Shown: positions 1 through 8,031, numbered from the stretch's first letter. The stretch is 64,000 bases of DNA from Alphaproteobacteria bacterium (GCA_030428615.1 JAUIDN010000018.1:2279-66278), one strand, 5' to 3'. The notes: generated by a model not told the origin, from the letters alone. A program made the numbers and translations.

Positions 1-396
1 AATATCGAGCTAGGCAAGCATGGGCGTAATCGCACCAACGTGTGGGAATACCCGTCAGTGAACAGCATGGATCCTTCTCGAAAGGGAGACTTGGCACTTC
101 ATCCAACGGTCAAGCCCGTCGCCATGATCGCTGACGCCATTCGCGATAGCTCCAAGCGCGGCCAAATCATTCTTGATCCTTTCGCCGGCAGCGGCACCAC
201 TATTATTGCTGCGGAGATGACAGGACGGATCGCTCGATGTATTGAGCTTGATCCGCACTATTGCGACGTCATCTTATCGCGTTTCGAAGCATTAACTGGG
301 CAGACACCCATAAAGGTTAGTGAGGCTACAAACAACCTGGATAAAGCTGCTGACGCTCAACCTAACAATGCTGATAAGGGGACCGAAAATGAATGA
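1..396 (+). CDS. DNA N4/N6 methyltransferase, C-terminal part (5' end upstream of the window)
   Basis: Frame 1 is open from base 1. HPTVKPV and ILDPFAGSGTT (SAM-binding) motifs are typical of phage/plasmid N4/N6 methylases. Stop at 394-396. Confidence 0.8.
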   Translation, partial: NIELGKHGRNRTNVWEYPSVNSMDPSRKGDLALHPTVKPVAMIADAIRDSSKRGQIILDPFAGSGTTIIAAEMTGRIARCIELDPHYCDVILSRFEALTGQTPIKVSEATNNLDKAADAQPNNADKGTENE

Positions 397-784
397 TTAT
401 GAAATTGGCTACAAAAAACCCCCACCGCATACGCAGTTTAAGCCTGGCCAAAGTGGAAACCCCAAGGGCAAACCCAAAGGTACCAGAGATTTCAAAACCG
501 ATTTGGCCGAAGAACTTCGGGAACGAATTGCGATTAATGAAAGTGGTAAATCGAAAAAAATCTCCAAGCAGCGAGCTCTCATTAAAAGCCTGACTGCTAA
601 AGCTATTAAAGGCGATACTCGATCGGCCACTCTCATCTTAGCCGCTATTGGTCGTTATATGGGCGATGTACCCGAAGACACGAGCGAAACCCCGAGTTCC
701 AACGATATTGAAATAATTGACCGCTTCAAGAAGCGCCTCTTGAACGAACTCAAGGCCGAACAAGAGGAGAAAAATGATGCCTGA
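389..784 (+). CDS. DUF5681-type phage protein (small-terminase-like position)
   Basis: MNDYEIGYKKPPPHTQFKPGQSGNPKGKPKG N-terminus is characteristic of DUF5681. The ATG at 389 overlaps the methylase stop, and the gene sits directly upstream of and overlapping the large terminase. The 320 start in the ORF track is probably an over-extension. Confidence 0.6.
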   Translation: MNDYEIGYKKPPPHTQFKPGQSGNPKGKPKGTRDFKTDLAEELRERIAINESGKSKKISKQRALIKSLTAKAIKGDTRSATLILAAIGRYMGDVPEDTSETPSSNDIEIIDRFKKRLLNELKAEQEEKNDA

Positions 785-2225
785 CATATCACTAGAAGCA
801 ATAATGAGGCAAAACTATAGCGCTTTTTGTCACAAAGGATTTATTACACTTCATCCCGACATCGAATTTGATGATAATTTTCATCTTGAAGCAATTGCCT
901 ATAAAATGGAAAAATGTATCAAAGGCGAAAATACCAGACTGATTATTAATCTTCCCCCCAGAAGTGGTAAGACTCTTTTTGGTTCGGTTTTTTCCGCTGC
1001 ATGGGCGCTCGGTCAGAACCCGAGTAAAAAGATCATCATTGTAACTTATGCTGATGAGCTTTCTAAACAGATAATGCGTCATATAAAACAACTAATGCAG
1101 GAGAGTTGGTATAAATCTACTTTTCCGTCGAGTAAAATTAGCCCTGCTAAAAATACTGAAGCATTGTTCGAAACAACTGAAAATGGGGGCGTTTTCGTAA
1201 CAACAGTTGGAAGTACATTAACAGGTTTCGGCGCCGATATAATAATCGTAGATGATCCGATGAAACCTGGTGATATGAAGTCAGATCCATTGAGATCGAA
1301 AACAAACGAGTGGTATAAAAGCACCCTAAGAACTCGGCTGAACAATGTTAACACCGGTAGTATTATTGTTATCATGCAACGACTACATCAAGATGACCTG
1401 ACCGGACATATCCTTCCGTTAGAGAAATGGACTCACTTAAACCTTCCCGCAAAAAACAATGAAACAAGATCGATTAAATTAAGTGATAAAGTGGAACATC
1501 TTTGGCTCGCAGGCGATCTTCTTCATCCTAGCCGTTTGAATAACGAAGCTCTCAAAAAGATCAGACGAGTTGTCGGAGAATATTTGTACAATGCACAGTA
1601 TCAACAAACCCCCATTCCAGTTGGTGGAAATATGATAGACCCAAGTTGGTTTGGTACTTATGACCCCTCAAAGGCGCTAGTACCGGATAGTTATGTACAA
1701 GTTTGGGATACCGCGACAGATACTGGAGAGAATCACGATTACAGTGTTTGCTTAACCTTCGGCATCATAGGCAAGCATACATATCTCGCTGACATGTATA
1801 GAGAGAAAGTTCAATATCCTACTTTAAGGAAAGCGGCAATAGATCGTGCAAAACATTTTGAACCAAAGACAATTGTTGTGGAAAAAACTAATGTGGGATT
1901 TTCACTTATACCTGAGCTCCGAATTGAAACTGGGTTAAATATAATAGCGGACACACCCAAGCACAGCAAAGAAGAACGATTGGCTTCAGTAAGTCACTAT
2001 ATTGAAATGGGCGTTATCTTATTGCCAAAACAGGGTGATAAATTTCATCCAAGCGTACAGACCTATATTGACGAACTTACTGGTTTCCCGTACGCAAAGA
2101 ATGATGACCTGGTAGACGCAACAAGCTTATTCCTTAAATGGTATAACAAATTAGGCCCTGGAAACCTGATGCCATCGCCGGGCGGGTTCTGCCTTTATGA
2201 TGACGGAAGCATAAAAAACTACTGA
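774..2225 (+). CDS. Phage terminase large subunit
   Basis: 483 aa. Walker A-like LPPRSGKT and Walker B-like IIIVDDP. C-terminal nuclease-type motifs (WDTA..., NDDLVDA) as in PBSX/psiM2-type large terminases. Confidence 0.8.
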   Translation: MMPDISLEAIMRQNYSAFCHKGFITLHPDIEFDDNFHLEAIAYKMEKCIKGENTRLIINLPPRSGKTLFGSVFSAAWALGQNPSKKIIIVTYADELSKQIMRHIKQLMQESWYKSTFPSSKISPAKNTEALFETTENGGVFVTTVGSTLTGFGADIIIVDDPMKPGDMKSDPLRSKTNEWYKSTLRTRLNNVNTGSIIVIMQRLHQDDLTGHILPLEKWTHLNLPAKNNETRSIKLSDKVEHLWLAGDLLHPSRLNNEALKKIRRVVGEYLYNAQYQQTPIPVGGNMIDPSWFGTYDPSKALVPDSYVQVWDTATDTGENHDYSVCLTFGIIGKHTYLADMYREKVQYPTLRKAAIDRAKHFEPKTIVVEKTNVGFSLIPELRIETGLNIIADTPKHSKEERLASVSHYIEMGVILLPKQGDKFHPSVQTYIDELTGFPYAKNDDLVDATSLFLKWYNKLGPGNLMPSPGGFCLYDDGSIKNY

Positions 2226-2329
2226 TTTATGAGTGCCGCCTACTCAAAAAACTAAGTTGTTAAAAAATGACTGGACTTCCTTGCTGAACAGAGCGGTACT
2301 GTCTCCTGCAGTCAAACAAGGAGACAGAC

Positions 2330-2719
2330 ATGCCCGATTATGACCGAAAAGCACTCGTTGAAAAATGGACCAGAATCTATGGTGCGGCACCGCCAAAAGG
2401 GCTTAGCCGCACTACACTTGAACTAGCTAACGCATATGATGAACAGGCCAAAAAATATGGTGGCCTACCTCGGGAGACCGAGCAGCTTCTCTTACGTATT
2501 GCACGGGAGGACAAAGTAGACCTCACCCTGCCCCAAAAACTAAAACCCGGCGCGCGTCTGGTTCGTGAATGGAATGGAACATCTTATGTGGTGGATATCA
2601 TCGAGAGCGGATATCTATGGCAAGACCAGGTCTATAAATCGCTATCAGTTATCGCAAGAGAGATAACAGGCACGAGATGGTCGGGCCCACGCTTCTTTGG
2701 TCTCAGGAGCGCCTCATGA
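2330..2719 (+). CDS. DUF2924 domain protein (commonly paired with serine recombinases)
   Basis: C-terminal WNG..Y.V......Y.W....YKSLS.IAR.ITG..WSGP.FFGL pattern typical of DUF2924. AGGAG is 6 nt upstream of the ATG. ATGA overlap with the recombinase start. Confidence 0.65.
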   Translation: MPDYDRKALVEKWTRIYGAAPPKGLSRTTLELANAYDEQAKKYGGLPRETEQLLLRIAREDKVDLTLPQKLKPGARLVREWNGTSYVVDIIESGYLWQDQVYKSLSVIAREITGTRWSGPRFFGLRSAS

Positions 2720-4296
2720 GCACTAAAAAGCTTAAAGCCGCTATCTATACTCGTAAATCCACAGAATATGGCCTGGAGCAGGATTTTAACAGCCTTGCCG
2801 CGCAGCGGGAAGCGGCGGAAGCCTATATCACCAGTCAGAAGTCACAAGGATGGATTCTCGTCAATAACAACTATGATGATGGTGGCATCTCTGGCGGCAC
2901 CATGGAGCGCCCTGCCCTTCAGACGTTGCTAGATGATGTTAAACGTGGGCGGGTAGACATCATCGTTGTTTACAAAGTAGATCGCCTTACACGGTCCCTC
3001 GCTGACTTTTCAAGGATCATTGATTTGTTGGATGAAGCGGACGCTTCCTTCGTCTCCGTCACCCAGCAATTTAATACGACCGATAGCATGGGGCGTCTTA
3101 CTCTAAATGTGCTCCTGTCCTTCGCTCAGTTTGAACGGGAGGTCACTTCAGAACGTATCCGCGACAAGATCCTCGCCTCCAAACAAAAAGGTATGTGGAT
3201 GGGTGGCACAGTTCCCCTTGGATATGACAACGTGGGAAAAAAGCTGGTGATAAACACAGAAGAAGCAGAACTCATAACACTCATCTTCAAAACGTATCTC
3301 AAGTCTTCTGGGATCAAGGAAACTTGCCAGAAGATCAACGATTTGGGGTACAGAACAAAATCAAGAAACGGAGGGCGGGGCAAAGGAAGTAAGTTCTGGT
3401 GTGGTCATGTTACTTACATTCTGAAGAACCGTTTATATATCGGTGAGATTACGCACAAGCGAAAGTACTATTTGGGAAAACATGAAGCGATCTTAGATCA
3501 GGATATATGGAGCAAAGTTCAAGACAAGATCGAAGCCTCGAAAGCAAATATCAAAAATGGCGTCCACTTTATAAATCCGAGCCTACTTACCGGGATGTTA
3601 AGAACGGACAAGGGAGAAATCCTTAGCCCAACTCATACTAAAAAGAATGAAAATCGCTATCGCTACTATATTACCAAGTCTGATGATCGAAATCATATAT
3701 CGACAAGGTATCCCGCTCAGAAAATTGAGCGCGCTGTCCTTAAAGTACTAAAAAGCGAAATGAGTGATATTTTAAAATGTGAAATAGAAACCTCGGAAAT
3801 GATAACCCGTCTTCAAGCGCCTAACCCAGTTGAAGTCCGGTCGGCATTGCTCGAATTTGTTACGGCCATTTCTGTATCTAATGATAAATTGGAAATCACA
3901 TTGTCTTCCGACTTCGGAAGCAACGATCAACCAATCCTATCGGTGCCCATAGATATAAGTGAATGTTCGCGCGGTCGCAAGAGCATCATCCCATGCGGCG
4001 AGCAAGTCATCCATGAACCGGATCAAAAACTGATCAAACTCATCGCCAATGCATACCTTTACGCAAAGGAACTTCAATCTGGAAAATATAAAACGATGGG
4101 TGAACTCGCCGACAAACTAAGCACCAACAAATCAGATTTAGGTAAGATAGTTCGCCTCTCGTATTTGGCACCTGATATTATCAATGCAGTTATACGAGGC
4201 GAGCAATCCCTACTACTAAATGCAACTTTTCTAAGAAGATTGAAAACGATTTCCGCCGATTGGAAGAATCAAAGAATAGCATTTAATTCAGCCTAA
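2716..4296 (+). CDS. Large serine recombinase (integrase/resolvase family)
   Basis: N-terminal AAIYTRKSTE (catalytic Ser), DGGISG, VDRLTRS and QREVTSERI resolvase motifs, followed by a long recombinase/zinc-ribbon-type C-terminal extension. Start chosen at ATG 2716 (MSTKKLKAAIY), overlapping the DUF2924 stop. Confidence 0.9.
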   Translation: MSTKKLKAAIYTRKSTEYGLEQDFNSLAAQREAAEAYITSQKSQGWILVNNNYDDGGISGGTMERPALQTLLDDVKRGRVDIIVVYKVDRLTRSLADFSRIIDLLDEADASFVSVTQQFNTTDSMGRLTLNVLLSFAQFEREVTSERIRDKILASKQKGMWMGGTVPLGYDNVGKKLVINTEEAELITLIFKTYLKSSGIKETCQKINDLGYRTKSRNGGRGKGSKFWCGHVTYILKNRLYIGEITHKRKYYLGKHEAILDQDIWSKVQDKIEASKANIKNGVHFINPSLLTGMLRTDKGEILSPTHTKKNENRYRYYITKSDDRNHISTRYPAQKIERAVLKVLKSEMSDILKCEIETSEMITRLQAPNPVEVRSALLEFVTAISVSNDKLEITLSSDFGSNDQPILSVPIDISECSRGRKSIIPCGEQVIHEPDQKLIKLIANAYLYAKELQSGKYKTMGELADKLSTNKSDLGKIVRLSYLAPDIINAVIRGEQSLLLNATFLRRLKTISADWKNQRIAFNSA

Positions 4297-4507
4297 GGTT
4301 GATTTTATTGTGCTAATCAATTAAACTATCAATTGTTAGTTGGGGACTTTTTATGGATAACAAAAAGCTAAAACAAGAATAAATTTGAGCTCCAATCTAA
4401 CGGTAGGTGGATTGAGCTGAGTTGGTATTAAGTTGCTTCCATTTTCAACTCGAAGCGGAAATTGTGAAAGCAATTAGAGCGATTAGTTTAAGCAGAATGG
4501 AAAAATC

Positions 4508-6835
4508 ATGGAACCGGTCTTCGTTGATCTTCATATCCACACTTCGTCAAATTTTGAGCAACCAAATGAAGGTTATGATTTGAAGCAGCTAAAAGCGGGT
4601 ATCGAAGCGATTGCCGGTGAACAACCATATCTCATATCGATCACTGATCACAATTTTGTTAACAAGAAGGTGTACCTGGAAGCTGTTCAAGAAATCGAAC
4701 ACATATTGCTTGGTGTAGAACTTCATATAAGGAACTACCCTGAATGTAAGCCATATCATTGCCACATGATCTTCAATATAGAAGCAATTGACGCCGCAAC
4801 AATTGACGATGTAAATGATAAATTAGATGAACTCTTTCCTAAGAAAACTGTCAGCAACGATGATAATATACCTAGCTTGGAAACAATAATGAATTGCTTC
4901 GATAGTTATGAGTTCTTACTTCTTCCACACGGAGGACAAAATCACTCTACTTTTGACACATCCATCCCTCATGGAGTTGAATTTGACAAAACAATGGAAA
5001 GAAACATTTACTATAATCACTTTGATGGATTTACGGCTAGAGGCACTGGTGGTTTAGAGAGGACGCTAAGATATTTCGAACGCTTGGGTATTAAGGACTT
5101 TGTTAATTTGGTAACGGCGACAGATAATTATACCCCGAATACTTACCCGGACTGCAAAGCTGGTCGGGCCGCATCCGATTTCGTACCCACATGGATGCTT
5201 GCATCTCCAACTTTTAATGGATTGAGATTGTCTCTCTCGGAATCGTCTCGGTTGGTTTATGGTGATAAGCCGGATTCTTGGTTTGAGTATATTGAATCAG
5301 TATCATTAAATAATGAAAATATTGATATAGATGTGAAGCTTACCCCAGGACTGAATGTGGTAATTGGCGGGTCTTCAAGTGGAAAATCATTATTTGCAGA
5401 CTCTCTATATCGCAAAATCACAAATGATTTTGAAGATAGCGACTATATCGATACCCCATACCAAATAGAAAAAATTGAGGTAACAAATCCAGCTGGGCAG
5501 CATCCGCATTATTTCAATCAAAATTACATTCTGAAAGTGTGTGATCAGAAGGACCAGAACAACACGATTGATAATATATCAATTCTAAAAAGTGTGTTTC
5601 CTCCTGACGACATTGAAAGAAACAAAATCGTAAATGCCCTACATGGGCTAAGTTCAAGCCTAAAGGATCTCGTTCAATCAATTACAGAAATTGAATTATT
5701 GCAAGAGGCCCTGAATAAGATTCCTGTCTTGTCAAGATTAATCGTTACAGAGGAAATTCATGACAATCCAATACGCCTAATTCTTCCAAGGCACAGAGAC
5801 ATGGAGCTAATTAGTTACTCAGAGGCAGACTATGACCGACACAATCAAATTCTTGAAGAAATCGATCAAACCCTTGCAAAAAACCCTCTAGTTGTGCACA
5901 ACACGGATTTAGTAACAGAACTTCAGCAAGAGCTGATTGAGGCATTCAATAATTCTCTTTTTGAAGAAATTGTCAGAGCTAATATTACTGAACATAAGTC
6001 TCTATTAGACGACGCTCAGATAAAGGAAAATCAAAAGGTCAAGTTGAGAACCAACGAATTTCAAAACTTGTTGGATTGTATAAAGAAATATCTGAGATTT
6101 GAGAAACAATTTTACGAATCTCTAGTTGAAATATCTAAGTTCTCAATAAAGATTCCAAACAAGCCTATAACGTCTATGGGGCATAAACTATCCATTGAGA
6201 ATAAGTTTGAACTCTCCAAAGAGAAATTCTTAGCTGTAATCAATGAAACTCTCAAAGCGGAGTATCAAATCGCGTCCTTTGAAGACTTGACCCCAGAATT
6301 ATTATTTAAGCATCGATTTAAAAGAAGAGACCCTAAAATTGTCGAATATCAAGATTTTGAAAACTATGTAAATCATAGGTTTTCTGAAATGAACAAGAAG
6401 ACCTACAAAATTATTACAAATGATGGCCGGAATTTTGATGAACTGAGTGCTGGATGGAAGACATCTGTTATACTGGACTTGGTGCTTGGATGGGATGCCG
6501 ATCGTGCTCCACTAATAATCGATCAGCCTGAGGATAATCTAGCCACAGGTTATATTAATGCCGGACTACTCTCAGCTATCAAAGAATGCAAATCGAAGAA
6601 GCAGATAATACTTATTTCTCATAACGCTACGATTCCAATGCTAGGGGATGCTCAAAACATCGTCTTCTGCACCAATGACAATAATAAAATATCAATTGCA
6701 TCCAATCCACTTGAGGGAGAGATTAATGGTAAAAATGTCGTGGATTTGATTGCCGAAGTAACTGATGGAGGAAAATCGTCAATCAAGAAGCGTGTGAAGA
6801 AATACAATCTTAAAGACTTTCGAGGTGAAGAATGA
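4508..6835 (+). CDS. PHP-domain phosphoesterase fused to a coiled-coil SMC/Rad50-like ABC ATPase (Ppl-like candidate defence protein)
   Basis: PHP motifs in order: VDLHIHT, ITDHN, GVELH, LLPHGG. ATPase motifs: LNVVIGGSSSGKS Walker A (nt 5366-5389), a ~330-aa E/K/L/Q-rich insertion, ELSAGWKT signature-like, PLIIDQPEDNL Walker B (nt 6512-6541) and ILISHN His-switch. No competing ORF on other frames. Confidence 0.8.
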   Translation: MEPVFVDLHIHTSSNFEQPNEGYDLKQLKAGIEAIAGEQPYLISITDHNFVNKKVYLEAVQEIEHILLGVELHIRNYPECKPYHCHMIFNIEAIDAATIDDVNDKLDELFPKKTVSNDDNIPSLETIMNCFDSYEFLLLPHGGQNHSTFDTSIPHGVEFDKTMERNIYYNHFDGFTARGTGGLERTLRYFERLGIKDFVNLVTATDNYTPNTYPDCKAGRAASDFVPTWMLASPTFNGLRLSLSESSRLVYGDKPDSWFEYIESVSLNNENIDIDVKLTPGLNVVIGGSSSGKSLFADSLYRKITNDFEDSDYIDTPYQIEKIEVTNPAGQHPHYFNQNYILKVCDQKDQNNTIDNISILKSVFPPDDIERNKIVNALHGLSSSLKDLVQSITEIELLQEALNKIPVLSRLIVTEEIHDNPIRLILPRHRDMELISYSEADYDRHNQILEEIDQTLAKNPLVVHNTDLVTELQQELIEAFNNSLFEEIVRANITEHKSLLDDAQIKENQKVKLRTNEFQNLLDCIKKYLRFEKQFYESLVEISKFSIKIPNKPITSMGHKLSIENKFELSKEKFLAVINETLKAEYQIASFEDLTPELLFKHRFKRRDPKIVEYQDFENYVNHRFSEMNKKTYKIITNDGRNFDELSAGWKTSVILDLVLGWDADRAPLIIDQPEDNLATGYINAGLLSAIKECKSKKQIILISHNATIPMLGDAQNIVFCTNDNNKISIASNPLEGEINGKNVVDLIAEVTDGGKSSIKKRVKKYNLKDFRGEE

Positions 6836-7068
6836 AATTAGTATTTTGCAAGAACGAAGACCTGGAAATATCCGTGTTCAAAGAAGTCTCCGGCAATAGG
6901 GAGGAATTTAGTTATATTGATATGATAAAAGATCTTATTGCAACAAGAGAGTTAGAAGCCTCTGAATTGGAAGGTGAATTTTCTGATGCAGAAATTAACA
7001 GTATTAATTCAATGGTTGATCACATCAATGATGAGATCGCTGAATTCTACTCTGAAGACGAAGAATAA
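6832..7068 (+). CDS. Small, highly acidic protein translationally coupled to the PHP-ATPase
   Basis: ATG overlaps the upstream stop (ATGA at 6832-6835). 78 aa with 23 Asp/Glu versus 6 Lys/Arg by my count. No family recognised. Confidence 0.55.
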   Translation: MKLVFCKNEDLEISVFKEVSGNREEFSYIDMIKDLIATRELEASELEGEFSDAEINSINSMVDHINDEIAEFYSEDEE

Positions 7069-7185
7069 CTTCTAAGAACTATTCGAAATGTGGTTATCCA
7101 ACTTTCAATTAGTAGAAATAATTTTTAAGCAGCTGCCCATTTTTGGCTGAATGCAGTTATTAATCAACTTACTTTAGGTAATTTG

Positions 7186-7265
7186 AAAAACAGCGGACAC
7201 TTTGGATAGGATCAGAGACTTTGGGAGAAAATGCATCGAATTTCCGGATAATTAGACGTCTCTGT
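7186..7265. repeat. Copy A of a ~80-nt conserved element
   Basis: Motif blocks: AAAAACAGCGGACACTTTG, N8, CAGAGACTYTGGG, ~20 nt, GATAAT, N3-4, CGTCTCTGT. They are shared with 8842-8919 in the same order and spacing. The first 40 nt match at 33/40 ungapped, including a perfect 19-mer. Contains a 7-bp inverted repeat CAGAGAC/GTCTCTG. Confidence 0.75.
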
Positions 7266-7357
7266 CCGCTTGTTAGCACAAACAACCAAGCTAATCCATT
7301 GATACTTAAACACTAAGTATATAGTGATAATAATACCAAGGTTAGCAGGAGAATGGA

Positions 7358-7392
7358 TGGTGGCACGTAGTAAGTTCGAACTAGTCTCCTCC
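7358..7392 (-). pseudogene. Decayed tRNA 3'-half fragment (att-like remnant)
   Basis: TGGTGGCACGTAGTAAGTTCGAACTAGTCTCCTCC aligns ungapped with the 3' 37 nt of tRNA-Val (9013-9049) at 26/37. The match includes the CCA-acceptor end and the TTCGAAC T-loop. T-stem pairing is only partial, so it is not a functional tRNA. Confidence 0.45.
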
Positions 7393-7593
7393 TTACTATC
7401 AACCCATTGAATCCATTATACTAATATCTCTCAATTTCAGCTTTCACACGAAAATGGATACTTGAGCATCCATTAAGAGGGTTTTTCTTAATGTAACTGT
7501 ACATAATAAAGGATTAACTTGACTTCAATACTATATTTATATACTTATAATATATATATGTATTATTCTATGATTATTAACAAGGAGGTTAAT

Positions 7594-8031
7594 ATGCCTG
7601 CCGTAAAAGAAAATACAAATGCCACAGCCGCTTTTAGCCCTGAAATTCTGCGGGATCCCGAAAAACGCAGAGCTTATTCTGCAACCGCTATGAAAGCGTT
7701 TGTGCGAATGATGGATGAATGGAACGCACCCGTTGCGCAGCGTTGTGCGATATTGGGCGATATTCCTCAACAAACTTACTACAAATGGGCAAGAGGTGAG
7801 GTAACTACGCTCAGCCGCGACCAGTTAGAACGCATTGGAGTTACGCTTGGGATCTACAAAGGTCTTCGCATTCTCTTTAATGATGAGGGTGGTCGAAACA
7901 GATGGTTTAAAAGTGCCAATCATGATTACGCTTTCAGAGGTCAAACACCTGTTGATAGGATGGCTGCAGGAAGCATTACCGATCTTTATGCTGTGAGAGA
8001 ATACGTAGATGGTATGCGTGGTGCTCACTAA
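7594..8031 (+). CDS. Xre-family antitoxin with DUF2384 toxin-binding domain (MbcA/ParS type)
   Basis: AGGAGG lies 5 nt upstream of ATG 7594 (the 7519 start in the ORF track is likely an over-extension). HTH-like middle region and a C-terminal P.DRM....I.DLYAV..Y.D pattern typical of DUF2384. The stop abuts the RES gene start. Confidence 0.85.
   Translation: MPAVKENTNATAAFSPEILRDPEKRRAYSATAMKAFVRMMDEWNAPVAQRCAILGDIPQQTYYKWARGEVTTLSRDQLERIGVTLGIYKGLRILFNDEGGRNRWFKSANHDYAFRGQTPVDRMAAGSITDLYAVREYVDGMRGAH

Noticed and set aside
7186-7275. Idea that the ~80-nt repeats are integron attC sites or serine-recombinase att sites
   Set aside because: There are no GTTRRRY/RYYYAAC core pairs at the ends and no IntI gene. 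The inverted repeat arms are 35-38 nt apart, unlike the compact imperfect palindromes of large serine recombinase att sites. Serine recombination also does not generate direct repeats.
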